The translations under genes and the position numbers were made by a program. This document shows, one piece after another, positions 41,501 to 52,862 of a DNA stretch of 60,000 bases. Positions within the stretch are counted from its first letter, which is position 1; every line of letters begins with the position of its first letter. This DNA comes from Laetmonice hystrix (lineage: Eukaryota): positions 9,178,001-9,238,000 of the forward strand of contig OZ249436.1 of assembly GCA_965235115.1 (NCBI GenBank), in the 5' to 3' direction. The notes below the pieces were generated by a model. That model searched no databases and was not told the origin of the DNA. It was given only the letters and a program-made list of their open reading frames with translations.

Positions 41501-44500
41501 GACTTACTCTGAAACTGGCCAGTTCGTCCTCAGTGAAGCCGTGACTGTGGATAATCTTCATCTGTTTAACCAGCGTGCTCTTCCCGGACTCTCCGGCTCC
41601 TGAGTGACAAAATCAAATCATATACTCACAAAATTCATACTCATAAAATTCAAATCAACAATTCAGCTGAGACTCCCACCCCCTCAAACAGTTATAGGGT
41701 TTCTATCTACACTATACAGGATGACCACAAAAATTTCAATTTCAAACTCCCCGTGTTTTCCCTGCAGGGAATTTACTTTTGTCATTTTCCCTGTTTTCCC
41801 TGTGCTGTGGTCACCCTGACACTAACATCGTATCTATAACTTCTACGTACTATGTGACACGTTTCCGAAGATTCTGAATTAATTAAGAGAATGTTGGGAA
41901 GTTAGTAGTATGTCATATATCGTTGTTTTTCTTTCTTTCTTTTCTACTTAAACCGTGGGCCATATTTCCCTTTGTTTTTCTTTGTTTCTATTTAGTAAGG
42001 CCAGAAGAGTATTATGTCAATGGTTGATGTGGAGTCCTCTGCCCCCAAGCAGTACTCAATCAAAGAAACGCTTGGATAAACACACTACTTTTTATCAGAA
42101 GTTGTGGCAGAGAAGTTCCGCCGTAAACCATAAAGCAGAATGCCCTGAGCATTATGACATGTCATAACTACATGTCTTTCTCTGACGAAAAACCTGCACA
42201 TTATATTGATTTGTTCCCTAAAGTTGGACATTAATCTTCACGGAGTTGTCATTTTAAGGATTCGAAATTAACTTTTATGGACATAAGACTGGAATAAGCC
42301 GTACTAATAACAATAGAAAAACGAGATTAAAATGTCTGTTAAAAGGACCTAATCAATACCTCATATACAGTTATCTAAAGATCATGTGTAAATAACCTCT
42401 AGTCCTCAGATCTTTAACCCTGACTTGCACTGAAATGGTTTTACATGTACCATCATATCTCGATACTTGAATAAAACTCCTTGGCCGGCATCTACAAATT
42501 TATTCGTATTATATTTATTCTCTATCAATAATTAAAGTAAGGATATAGGGATGCATAGCCTTTCGTGTGCAGCCTTAATTAATTCACAAAGTCATTGTTT
42601 CTGTTTCTGACCAAAAAAAGTGATACAAATCAATGGCCATTGAAATTTGCCCTTCAAAGTTAAAGAAGTTTCAAAGGCATTGTTTCCTGGTACACGTGAA
42701 CAATAACACAGCACTATGGTATGGAAAACCTATTCATGTATATAGTCCACTACAACAATAGTTTCTACTTAGAGGAACTTTCTCATTTCATGAAGAATTT
42801 TGAAAATGTAAGATAACATACGAGAACATCACATCTGCTGATCGATCTATTCAGTTTCAGCAAAACTAATCAATTTTTATAGATTTTGAGTCAACTGATT
42901 ATTGGGTGTTTGCGTTTGTTCATGTACAGAGACATAATAACGCATCAACCGCAGCAAGCATTTATTTGAATACACAGAGGCTATGGATTTTATGTCTAAC
43001 TAGGGCACACACTGCAAACACCCACAGCTGATAGTTCAAAAGGCAATGAGACAGGACAAATGTTTATCTTCTGACTAAGGGTGCACTAAACATGTACTGG
43101 TATTCATCATTCATGGATTAAAGCGTTTTAAATGGGTCATGATGGCGGCACAGCGGTTGTGGCATTCTCTGGCGAGTAGAACCATGACGTTTATTCAGTA
43201 CAGGTGACTTCCTATTGTCACCTCAACTTCATATCTCTGAGGGCGTGTCACATCATACAGGGGCCATCGTTTTCCATGCATCTCCCCTCACATCAATGTG
43301 TGCTAACTTTGTGTTCCAGGATATGCATGGCTTTAGCCAAGGACAATGACCGCTTTCTTGGTACTTATCCCTCCTAACCCAGGCTATGGTTCATTCTCAT
43401 GTTTCCCATTAAAAAGTCCAGGAAGGACTGAATGTTAGAAAAACCATCTTCCTGTGACCCGGCCTCTGTCACGTGCGGGTTGCTGATGCCAGCGATGGCT
43501 GCGCGCCAAGTCTGGGGCTGGCGTGGTTGGTGGGTCTGGTGGATGAGGCCCACAGCCGGCGTGGTTGGTGGGTCTGGTGGATGAGGCCCACAGCCAGCAT
43601 CTATTCTCTGTGACAATGTGTCCTCAGACCATCACCATCATTATGACAACCACCCAGGGACGCCCTGGCAAGGTGAGTTAGGCTAAGATGTGCTCCGGCT
43701 CTGTGCATGCCCCCGTATGGTTGACGAGATATGAGTCACACACACTCGGAGAGTTATTAATGAGGATGGACAACTACTAACTAACTATGGAAAGAGAGCT
43801 GTTCTGATCTCTGCCTCTGGACACGGATATACGATCTAACGAAAACAAGGGGGTGAACTCTAACCGAGTAGCAGGCCCAACATGTCCTGAAACCATTAAG
43901 GCATTTATATCCAAGATTTCGATATAATTGGTTTGTGAAAGGGGAAAAACTGATAGGAAAACTGAAAAGGGGGAAAACTGATGGGAAAACTGATTTCAAT
44001 GATTGTGAAAGGGGGAAAACTGATAGGAAAACTGATTTCAATGATTGTGAAAGGGGGAAAACTGATAGGAAAACTGATTTCAATGATTGTGAAAGGGGGA
44101 AAACTGATAGGAAAACTGATTTCAATGATTGTGAAAGGGGGAAAACTGATAGGAAAACTGATTTCAATGATTGTGAAAGGGGGAAACTGAAAGGTTACTG
44201 ATCCACTGCTGCACCAATATCTAAACGGAAACCAAACGAATATTTAATGAAAAGCCGGATCTTTGATATCAGTTCTCGATCCACTTTAAACAGTTTGGGA
44301 ATGTTTATATACTTATACCCTTCTCGTGTCGCTTAAACAAAACCAAAACTTCCTGTCACAACACTCAACAACTGGATGTCATATCAGGATTTACATGTCT
44401 AAGTCATGCCAAATGATATCAGAAGTCAGCCTTCCCGTTCAGTGTGCATTGGGTTTAACATTTCACGTCATGAGTGTTGGTACCCCGGTCTGAACACCAG

Positions 44501-47500
44501 TTATACTATTAACATTTCACGTCATGAGTGTTGGTACCCCGGTCTGAACACCAGAACATTTCACGTCATGAGTGTTGGTACCCCGGTCTGAACACCAGTT
44601 ATACTATTCATAATGCACTAATTGAGAGCACAGCCAGTTTCCATTGTTCACAGTACATGGTCTGCTACCCTGCAGAATGAGAGCACTCGGAGTACCTGGA
44701 GGTAGTCAGAGAGAGGTAGTCACTGGGTACAGGTTACATTATGCACTGAGGGGGTTGGCACCATTCCATGGCTCTACAGGACAGCATCCCGCGGCATTGC
44801 ACTCACTATATATTACACGCTGTCAACCTGGACAATATCGCAAAAAGCGTTGACGATTTCAACTGCAACGCATGTATGAGAAATCAGCATATTTCAGGTA
44901 CCTCCACGAATTTCCTAAAGAATGAATAGATTTTAGAGACCGGGGATTTATTCATTTCTTAGAGGCACAACGCAAGACATAATATTGTTTTCTGGAAAAC
45001 TTTATCTCTGATTCTTTAAGTGTACAGACAAAGTGCTTTATGTAGAGCACTGTAGTCTGTTTACCCATTGCACTCCATTTGATGTCAGCCCAACGTTTGT
45101 CAGCACATCACACAAAACTCCTGGCACTCAAAAAATTGAGTGAACACAAAGCTACAAGATGATTCGTCCCAATAGCCGAGGGCCATCACAGCATGGGATT
45201 GTCTGTCTCTCAGCGGTCAGCTATTTACATCAAACACCCTGGTCAATCTAACCATATAGCTAACCCCTTGACCACGACCCTTCAGTGTAACAATATACCC
45301 CAGCAGGGCATGTGTCCTACCCACAGGCAATGTACTCACCTCTATCTACATACCCTGACCAACTGATGAAGGTCTTGTTCTGTGCGGATATCACATGTAC
45401 ACGGGGTATTGTCACACCAACACATGGACTGACATCGGGAAGAATACATTTAACAAAATCCCTCATTAGTGCCAAGGAAAAAAATGTCCACTTTCTGCCT
45501 ACGTTTCGAGTTTTCTTTAATCGTCCTTAGATTACCGTCTGATGCCGAGCTGGCCCTAACGCCGCTCTAATGTTGTATCAAATATCCATCATTTTAAATA
45601 TTTCAAACTTACGAGCACAAGTCATGTTTTGAAATAAATATGTAGTAGGCAGAAATGGTTACTGGCCAGATGTCAGATGATGTTTGAAATAGTATACAAT
45701 GTTACCGCTACTTTGCTACGCAAACTTCATTCATTCTAATCGTAAATACCAAGACTTTCAACGCTATATCCCGTAAATTACGTATCAATAACTACTTTTT
45801 TCGGACTAGCATGGTTATGGCCTTTCCCATCTCCCAAGCGCATGCAGTCATGCCATCAATAATAGCAGATCTTGATCTGAACAATGCCAGATTATAATAG
45901 ACTTACATATAGAAGCCGCAGCACCAAGTGTAAATCATTTAATGTGATCGATTAATAGATTTTCTTTAATGCACATATTTATTCCAGTTACTGTATGAAC
46001 GACAGTGAAAAGTACAGGTGTACCAGGTTTGATATACCCCCCTGTTCGGTATAGCACTACCCCCCGGTCATTTGAACCTAGGTTCAAACGACAGGGGTTA
46101 GTTAGGGTTAGGGTTATAACCCTAACTAACGCTAACCCCTTCCAGTTTCAAATGACAAAATAACTAGTCTACACACTACTATCAGCCACCAAATGTTATA
46201 AAATAGATTCTCTCATCGGGTAGATGGTGGTCAATACTTGCACTAGTCTTTCGGGACACGGTGTACAATGTATTGATTTCCTGTTATTGATTGCTAGATT
46301 TCCACCGCTGCTTCAGTCACTGTCACTTAAACTATAGATAAGGCAAAGACGCTTCCCTTGTACCTAATCCGTAACTATAGTTAGACAGAGAAAGACGCCA
46401 TGAAGCTCAGGAACAAAACTCAGGAACGTTCTGAAATTTAGAATGGGCTAGATCATGCAAATCGGAATGACGATAAGCTCCCGCAATACCTGGGGTAAAA
46501 CTATTTACCCTCGCGATTTTCGTATTCTTTTCTGAGCTCAGTACAATCCGTTATCGTCTTAACATACTTCTGCTCAGATGAAAACCTAAAGATCCTTTTA
46601 GACAAACCTCTAATCTTCATACCAAGCTGCCTGGCTTCTTGGATTTATTTCAGTGATCACTAAAGATCTGTACTAATGCAGTGGAATCAACAGCAATCAA
46701 TTCTAAATCCCATGGAATCAACAGCAATCAATTCAAACTCCATGACCTCAGAAAGTCTGGTGACAGGTGGAATACGTTTTTGTTCGACTTGGCGTACCTT
46801 ACACAAAACCTTGCAGAGAAACAATTACGTATTCTCCAAGGTGGGCCTGAGGTTAGAAGGGGGTAGTACCTTAGAACATGATCGGTTCAGTAAGTCAAGA
46901 TTGACCTCACCCGATGGCCCTGGCAGATCGCCAGACAGACTTTGATAGCGTGCCACTAAAAGGGATAGACGCGTTTAACATAATGGTGCACGAGGGTCAT
47001 AAACATAGACAGTACAAGAAACGTGCCAATAACGCTACAATAACGGAAAGTCATAAGTCCACGAGTCCCAAAGAATTCATCTATGTCGGCACGCTCTTCT
47101 TTGAATGACCTGAAGCATGACCTGATGAAACTATTGCCAGTAAACACTGACCCATTCTCCTTAGATTGGCACTAAGGACTAGACCATCTAGGATCGCCCA
47201 TTGTAGGCAGACTATCTGATCTCGCCAGGATCCCTGCCTGGAGGCAGGCTTTCTGATCTATCCAGGAGCCTTCACTGGAGGCAGGCTTTCTGACCTCTCC
47301 AGGATCCCTCACTGGAGGCAGGCTATCTGATCTCTCTATGATCCCTCACTGGAGGCAGGCTGTCTGACCTCTCCAGGAGCCTTCACTGGAGGCAGGCTAT
47401 CCGATCTATCCAGGATCCCTGCCTGGAGGCAGGCTATCCGATCTCTCCAGGATCCCTCACTGGAGGCAAGCTACCTGACCTCTCCAGGATCCCTCACTGG

Positions 47501-49609
47501 AGGCAGGCTGTCTGACCTCTCCAGGATCCCTCACTGGAGGCAGACTATCTGATCTCTCCAGGATCCCTTACTGGAGGCAGACTATCTGACCTCTCCAGGA
47601 TCCCTCACTGGAGGCAGACTATCTGATCTCTCCAGGATCCCTTACTGGAGGCAGGCTATCTGATCTCTCCAGGAGCCTTCACTGGAGGCAGGCTATCTGA
47701 CCTCTCCGGGATCCCTCACTGGAGGCAGGCTATCCGATCTCTCCGGGATCCCTCACTGGAGGCAGGCTATCTGATCTCTCCAGGATCCCTCACTGGAGGC
47801 AGGCTATCTGATCTCTCCAGGATCCCTTACTGGAGGCAGACTATCTGACCTCTCCAGGATCCCTCACTGGAGGCAGACTATCTGATCTCTCCAGGATCCC
47901 TTACTGGAGGCAGGCTATCTGATCTCTCCAGGATCTCTCACTGGAGGCGGGCTATCTGACCTCTCCAGGATCCCTTACTGGAGGCAGGCTGTCTGACCTC
48001 TTCAAGATCCCTGACTGGAGGCAGGCTGTCTGATCTCTCCAGGATCCCTCACTGGAGGCAGGCTATCTGATCTCTCCAGGATCCCTCACTGGAGGCAGGC
48101 TATCTAATCTCTCCAGGTGCCTTCACTGGAGGCAGGCTATCCGATCTCTCCGGGATCCCTTACTGGAGGCAGGCTATACCTCTCCAGGATCCACCTGCCT
48201 GGAGGCATACAGTATCTAGCTGGGGGTACATCTGTCTCAATTCCATGAAATACGTGTCTTTCAGGGAATCCCCAAGCTGGGTATTTTAAAATACTTGTGA
48301 CACACTGGTGGTACAAATGATGTAATTAGTTGCACTCTTACTTTGGTGACTGGACTTAATAAACCTCAGTGAATATCAAAATCTGAATAATCACTAATAC
48401 CTTGCACTATAAGTACAGAAAGCTGCCAACTTGCAAAGGGATAATTCTAAATTGCGCGCGCAAGGTCACATCCAGCTGTGCACCTTGCGGTGACAGAGTG
48501 TATATAGTTCCTGGTATTGATCCAACATATGTTCAGGTATGGAGCTTTATGCCTGCCAAATAATTCACCAATACGCCATTGTAAACACCTGAATATATAA
48601 CAACGGGATATTCATTTAGTTTGTATTTTATACCTCTTTGCAATTGTGTTCTACTCTCTTGCCTAATTATAGCATAATCTCACTTGGAAACAATACACCT
48701 GTCGGAGCACCTGATACAATCAGTATGGTTCACTAATACAACCCCGACATTGTGCCACTGTCTGACACTATCTGGCATAATGCGCATAGTTCACCTCCTT
48801 TGGTGCACTATAAATCACGCCATACACCAACCGGCATGTCACCACCTATATGTATACACTGACAGAATAGACTTATCTAGGATGATCATCTAACTAGAGA
48901 GGCATTCTAGGAATTCTTGTCATTGTGGAGTCGCAATAAAGACCACCTATTCACCTAGCCTTGTCACGGCTTTTTCATCTGCATTATCAAGCCATTATGA
49001 TCTCAAAATCCTTTGAGAATTAGGGTCTAATATGGCTTACTTGGACGGCAGGCGACAGACAATAAGAGACAACCAACTGTGTCTGCATGCAACTGATGAC
49101 AGTATACGTAAATGTTTTATGTTACCTGGCGGAATACCTGGAAATCAGGCAACCGTACGCGTCGGTGAGTAATTCAAACACGGAAAGTGAAGACCATGAA
49201 TCAATGTTACCTGTGTTGTGAAGATACACCTACAGCGCACAATGCAAGTTATCAAACTATATCCTTTCTCAATAAATAAACCGGTCTATCAAACAAGTAA
49301 GTCCTCATGGGGTGTGGGGGGTTGTGGGGGTGGGGGGTGGTCCATAAGTCGGTGTTGGGGGAGACAGCCTGATAATCATACTTTTATCAATTACTTATTT
49401 TAATCAATTAACGCTTTCCTTATATCCTTGAAAGTACTTGAAATAGAGTGAGATTAAGTTTTCAGACTAGGAGATTTGATCTTACCCAGCAGTAGAATCT
49501 TGATGATGCCATTCTCTTGCTGTGCCAGGTACTGCAGTTTCCGATCAATGTCGTCGCTGCGAGCTCTTGACTTTCTCTCTTCATTGTCCAAACTGAGGCA
49601 TGCTCCCAT
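15430..49609 (-). CDS. gnav: Heterotrimeric G protein alpha subunit, Gv class; 9 coding exons, 359 aa
   Basis: Joined exons give [63 protein letters not shown]...[11 protein letters not shown]...[12 protein letters not shown]...FLNKLD...[33 protein letters not shown]. All G1-G5 motifs are present. [49 protein letters not shown] and IIKENLEA match Gv (fish gnav1) sequence as I recall it. Exon lengths 124+92+93+161+129+130+72+88+191 = 1080 nt. Confidence 0.95.
15609..15875. repeat. ~64-bp tandem repeat x4 spanning the exon 9 acceptor
   Basis: catagtcagcacctgccaaatattgagggg at 15609, 15673, 15737, 15802. Confidence 0.95.
16514..16601 (-). CDS. gnav: Gv alpha exon 8 ([30 protein letters not shown])
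   Basis: TTTCAG acceptor, G|GTACGT donor, 88 nt; NKxD G4 motif. Confidence 0.95.
16832..17995. repeat. 54/58-bp minisatellite x~21 (intron 7)
   Basis: gagatacaagtacgagagcttcatcaccagtctgatttagctacacagttcctt tandem, with +TGTA-type variants. Confidence 0.95.
18038..18290. repeat. 73-bp tandem repeat x3.5 with internal hairpin
   Basis: Unit contains tgtgacgg-atatac-ttgt-gtata-ccgtcaca inverted repeat. Confidence 0.9.
18837..18908 (-). CDS. gnav: Gv alpha exon 7 ([24 protein letters not shown])
   Basis: TTTCAG acceptor, GTAAGT donor, 72 nt. Confidence 0.94.
19399..19528 (-). CDS. gnav: Gv alpha exon 6 ([21 protein letters not shown]...FEDPSV), switch II
   Basis: AACAG acceptor, GTACGA donor, 130 nt; DVGGQ G3 motif; matches ORF 19282..19527. 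Confidence 0.96.
19507..19948. repeat. ~92-bp tandem repeat x5 spanning the exon 6 acceptor
   Basis: ctgg(c/t)ctcccacgtcaaacattctgttaacatatc repeated five times; one shortened 81-bp unit. Confidence 0.95.
20056..20210. repeat. 31-bp tandem repeat x5 spanning the exon 5 donor
   Basis: gaagggctaaggtac(a/g)ttacctgaatatgat x5. Confidence 0.95.
20200..20328 (-). CDS. gnav: Gv alpha exon 5 ([43 protein letters not shown]), switch I
   Basis: TTGTAG acceptor, AG|GTAATG donor, 129 nt; G2 motif with catalytic Arg. Confidence 0.94.
20324..20808. repeat. 69-bp tandem repeat x7 spanning the exon 5 acceptor
   Basis: aataactacaaca...gatttcagacaaaaacacttg with 69-bp period. Confidence 0.95.
23431..23504. 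repeat. (CAG)n microsatellite, interrupted, in intron 4
   Basis: Two CAG runs separated by gcc. Confidence 0.95.
24083..24243 (-). CDS. gnav: Gv alpha exon 4 ([17 protein letters not shown]...[12 protein letters not shown])
   Basis: TTCAG acceptor, GTAAGT donor, 161 nt; LWxDxG and EYELNDSA motifs. Confidence 0.94.
24221..24950. repeat. 60-70-bp tandem repeat x11 spanning the exon 4 acceptor
   Basis: ccaacaccgtctgagcatggagctgaagtccacaaaatacaccatggaaacgttaata repeated 11 times. Confidence 0.95.
25745..25837 (-). CDS. gnav: Gv alpha exon 3 ([31 protein letters not shown])
   Basis: TTTTCAG acceptor, GTCAGT donor, 93 nt, phase 0-0, helical-domain sequence. Confidence 0.93.
26297..26727. repeat. 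54-bp minisatellite x~8
   Basis: catttcatttcagctggatactctccaagttctattccataacacatcattctc tandem. Confidence 0.92.
27667..28232. repeat. 20-bp minisatellite x~28
   Basis: acgg(t/c)cagttactgttata(a/c) tandem. Confidence 0.95.
28362..28590. repeat. ~78-bp tandem repeat x3
   Basis: ggaaacgttgccggtgagactccttgcgact...cagccatggcaat x3. Confidence 0.88.
29650..29736. mobile_element. Tiny Harbinger-like MITE
   Basis: taa|aggcggactc...gagtccgcct|taa (TAA direct flanks). Confidence 0.65.
32284..35583. repeat. 58-63-bp satellite array, ~3.3 kb (~53 copies), intron 2
   Basis: gaataacgttcacaagatgagctaacgtttggtaggtttgtttatgttatggtgaaagccctt tandem. Confidence 0.97.
38072..38281. repeat. ~87-bp local duplication (2 copies)
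   Basis: cattctctggttggtgtcagtattctctgacatcaccac...caggactcagct twice. Confidence 0.85.
41508..41599 (-). CDS. gnav: Gv alpha exon 2 ([31 protein letters not shown])
   Basis: CAG acceptor at 41600, GTAAGT donor at 41507, P-loop GAGESGKS; 92 nt. Confidence 0.95.
41717..41818. mobile_element. Short hAT-like MITE near the exon 2 acceptor
   Basis: caggatgaccaca / tgtggtcaccctg TIR; flanks acactata / acactaac (imperfect 8-bp TSD). Confidence 0.65.
43933..44190. repeat. 42-bp minisatellite x~6
   Basis: ttgtgaaagggggaaaactgataggaaaactgatttcaatga tandem. Confidence 0.9.
44457..44608. repeat. ~40-52-bp tandem repeat x3
   Basis: aacatttcacgtcatgagtgttggtaccccggtctgaacaccag x3. Confidence 0.88.
47205..48208. 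repeat. 37-bp minisatellite x~27 (intron 1)
   Basis: actggaggcaggctatctgatctctccaggatccctc tandem. Confidence 0.95.
49486..49609 (-). CDS. gnav: Gv alpha exon 1 (MGACLS...KILLL-G), phase 1 end
   Basis: ATG at 49609; donor G|GTAAG at 49485; N-terminal MGxC lipidation motif and KILLLG lead-in to the P-loop. Confidence 0.93.
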
Positions 49610-50029
49610 CCCGTCACAGTTACAGCTGGAAACCTTGGCCTCACATTACACCGCCGCATCCAAAGGGGTTCCCTTCGGAATCCCACCCAGCTGGATCCTA
49701 TAGCTGGACTTACCGAGTGTATAGACACACCAACTGTCACAGTCAGTTGGATGGTATATCACACTCTCAAATATCTCAAGTTCTGATGAGTTCTAATGCA
49801 GCATCCTTGACAACTGAAGCTAATTATCGCTATGTAGGCCTAATGTGGACAGGTAAATTCCAGTGAATCGGTGTCTCTTCATTAGTCATCCATGGATCAT
49901 GTCATAAACATTTGTAAACTCCTCCAGCGCTGCGGTAGCAGGTCAGTGGTATCCTAGTTGGCATCCAAGTACACGGTTTAGGATAACATGCAGAGGTGTA
50001 GGCCTGGCTGCATGGCCAGCCTCATCAGT

Positions 50030-50530
50030 CTCAGCCGGAACAGGTGAAACAGATCTGTATCCTGAACGTGATCGTTAGGTCGTTGATCCCTGCCTGGTTC
50101 AGGTAGTCGGGGGCGCCCACTGTAGAACCCCCAAACACCCTGTCCTCGCCTATACACAGCGTATCACGCCGAGCTGAGGTCGTCCACGTCCTAGTGCCAG
50201 GACAACACGTCCATGTGTTTGCCAGACGGCGTGCGTGCTGCCTGCTGCCGTCACCGCCTCGTGTTCGCGGTCCCCGTCTGACGCGGGTTGTGTGTACTCG
50301 GCCTGAACCGGCGCCCCCGACACGGCCGCCTCGGTCTGTCCGGACGGCGACACACGATTCACCTCCCGATCGCAGCCCGACACACGCCCGCAGGAATGCC
50401 ACCTGACGTGACCTGGGTCGCTTCTCCAAAGCCACAACTCCTGCCGAGCCTGAATCAAATTAACGCGCGCCATCCACACAGCGCCTTTAATGCGCTCCAT
50501 AGCGACCAGGCTGTGTGCATTGTTGCGTGA
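50030..50530 (-). promoter_or_regulatory. GC/CpG-rich segment upstream of the Gv ATG; putative promoter / 5' UTR
   Basis: Clearly CpG-dense relative to the flanks, 0.4-0.9 kb upstream of the start codon; TSS cannot be determined. Confidence 0.5.
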
Positions 50531-51775
50531 CGCCTAAAATAGTAATTAGGCCTAATTGAATGCCTTTATATATTTTGATATAAAACTTTGCAATGACTGC
50601 ATTTCCCCCTATTCAAACTGTGCCTTTGGTCTTATAGAGATCAAGGACTAGATCAGGCATGCATGTATATAGGCTAGCCAATATCATAGGCGCCAGAGTA
50701 TATTCACGTCGGGGGGGGGGGGGGGCGTAAAGTCGATGGTCGTAAATTTTAAGGGTATTTCAGCCGAGTCGGAAGTGAAAGAGTGGTACTCAATATTATG
50801 AAGACAGCTACCTTCGAAATCAAAGGCCGCCGACAAAACACGTTTTCATCTCACTGAAAAAATGCTTTCTCCATGATTTATATGCAAAATCTCCATTTTC
50901 ATGATATCTTTAATAAATACATTCCTCCTTGGAGATTTTGTAAGTTCATTTCCTATAGAGGTATCCCCCAGGGGTGTAGGCATGCAGAACTGAGGACCCT
51001 TGCCCCCCCCCCCCCCCCGGTGACTTAAGAGTTGGGGGCGCCGGAACCGGGGGCATGGGGGCCCTCCCCCCTTCCGGCGCCCATGCATGTAGGTGGTCCA
51101 TAAGCCGCCTACATTGTAGAACATTACCCTGTTTAGACTTTAGATGTAGGACCACCAACAGACGCTTAGCCAGCGAGGTCTTTTATATGCTCTTTCCAGT
51201 ATAGTTCTCGTGAAGAGCCGGGTAACAATAAGTCCCTTTTATTTACTGTTCAATTTCTATGTTTTCTCCGTGAATTAAGATGGCCTCAGATAAGCCTACT
51301 GATTACGGTGTAAAACAACGCACCATGGTGCACCTTTGAAGTTGCCGCTTGCTATGTGACGCATACACATCGTTGGCGCTGACAGACGACAATGATTGAT
51401 CCACAAAGCATTATGGGGGGGGGGGGGTGTTCACGCTTTAACGCAAGATGGCACCTGTGTATGCCTATATCGTCCGTGTAGTCTCTTGTATTACCACCAG
51501 GTCTATGGCCTGAGAGCAGCGACCATGCAGTGGGCCTGTGAAAAGAATTGGGGCGGCTAGAAATAACTTGAACCGGTGTCCAGTGATCAATTTAAAGGCG
51601 CCTATATTAATATTGAACTTTCTGAATTGACCGGGTTGGACCTCCCATCAAGGCTTTGTAGGAATTTCCCCTTGGGATGCACCCCCCCCCCCCCATTCAT
51701 AAATCCTGGATCTGACCCTACAGATGGCGGCATTGGGCCTGATTAGGCCCTCATGGCCTAGAACGGTACGGCTAA

Positions 51776-52017
51776 AGCCGTGTTTCCATGTGTGCGTCTC
51801 CGTTTTCCGATTGCGTTTTCCCATTCTCCCCATGTGTCCGTTTCCATGTGTCCATTGAAAACGATGGATCGTCCAGGAAGCGATCCAGAATCAGGAAACG
51901 GACTCACAAAACGGAATCGGACAACAAAACGTACACATGGAAACGCTCCCATAGAAAATAGGAATGGGCGATATCAAATCGGAAATCGGAAACGCACACA
52001 TCCATGGAAACGCGGCT
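51776..52017. mobile_element. Palindromic Harbinger-like MITE
   Basis: taa|agccgtgtttccatg...catggaaacgcggct|taa, with long imperfect internal symmetry. Confidence 0.75.
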
Positions 52018-52020
52018 TAA

Positions 52021-52862
52021 AGGCTAAACACCCACGGCAAATAAGGTTTCGTAGACCAAATGAAACACCAGCATTTACCTCAGGGCAATAAATGCCACAA
52101 TTACGTTGTCTGAATGAAGTAATTAACGTGTAACTGCCCGATCTGTGACCAGGGGCGCCGGAAGCAAATTATTATTGGGGGGGGGGGGGGGCAAGAGAGC
52201 TGAAGCGAAAGTCCGAGGCTACAACAAGCAGGGTCGAATGCCCTCCCCAAGAAATTTTTGAAAACTACACACGGCCTAAAATGCTTTTCTACACCATTTT
52301 GAGGCAAGATTTTTTATGTTTTGATGGCGTGAATGAATAGATTACAATGTATCAATAGGACAATCGACCCACTCTTTGACGCACCCAAGTCATGGTTTCA
52401 ACAGGCCTACTGTATGTGGAAAAACCTGCCTTTTTTCATTCATGTTCAGAGATTATTGGGGGGGGGGGGCGATGCCCCCCCCCAACCAGATTATTGAGGG
52501 GGCGGTAGACCCCCCCTGCCCCCCCCGCTTCTGGCGCCTATGTCTGTGACGCCGCTGGTTCTACTTGTGTGTTCAACACCTCGGACGTTTACAAACGTTG
52601 GGACTCCAAACATCGTGTAGACAAGGTCTGTGGACAGAGTAACAATGTTACGCAATATGCCGCGGTGTGCAGCATTTGGCTCTGATGAACACACAAGAAG
52701 GTCAAGGTAAGAACCAGCGGCGTCACACATCGGGCGGTTACACGTTAATTATTTATACTTCATTCTGACAAAGTAATTGTGGCATTTATTATACCCTGAG
52801 GTAAATGCTGGTGTTTCATTTGGTCTACGAAACCTTATTTGCCGTGAATGTTTACCCTGCCT
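52021..52862. mobile_element. Long-TIR non-autonomous element, Kolobok-like (TTAA flanks)
   Basis: ttaa|aggc...gcct|ttaa; ~125-bp inverted arms (cacggcaaataaggtttcgtagaccaaatgaaacaccagcatttacctcaggg and its reverse complement). Confidence 0.75.
52150..52542. mobile_element. hAT-type MITE nested in the Kolobok-like element
   Basis: caggggcgccggaagc / gcttctggcgcctatg ends; perfect 8-bp TSD tctgtgac at 52142-52149 and 52543-52550. Confidence 0.85.

Noticed and set aside
43781..44201. ORFs with [10 protein letters not shown] repeats
   Set aside because: 42-bp minisatellite, open on both strands
12450..46140. Scattered TTAGGG/CCCTAA-like tracts (12460, 25560-25640, 46095-46140) as interstitial telomeres
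   Set aside because: Short and degenerate, apparently embedded in small inverted-repeat elements rather than true telomeric arrays
27667..48208. Regular arrays (20, 37, 63 bp) as CRISPR
   Set aside because: Head-to-tail units without unique spacers, no cas genes, spliceosomal eukaryotic context
25838..49485. Alternative or mutually exclusive full-length G-alpha exons in the large introns
   Set aside because: None recognised by eye; only partial boundary duplications were found elsewhere in the gene
50031..50530. Four overlapping Arg/Pro-rich ORFs
   Set aside because: Expected from a GC-rich promoter region; no recognisable protein
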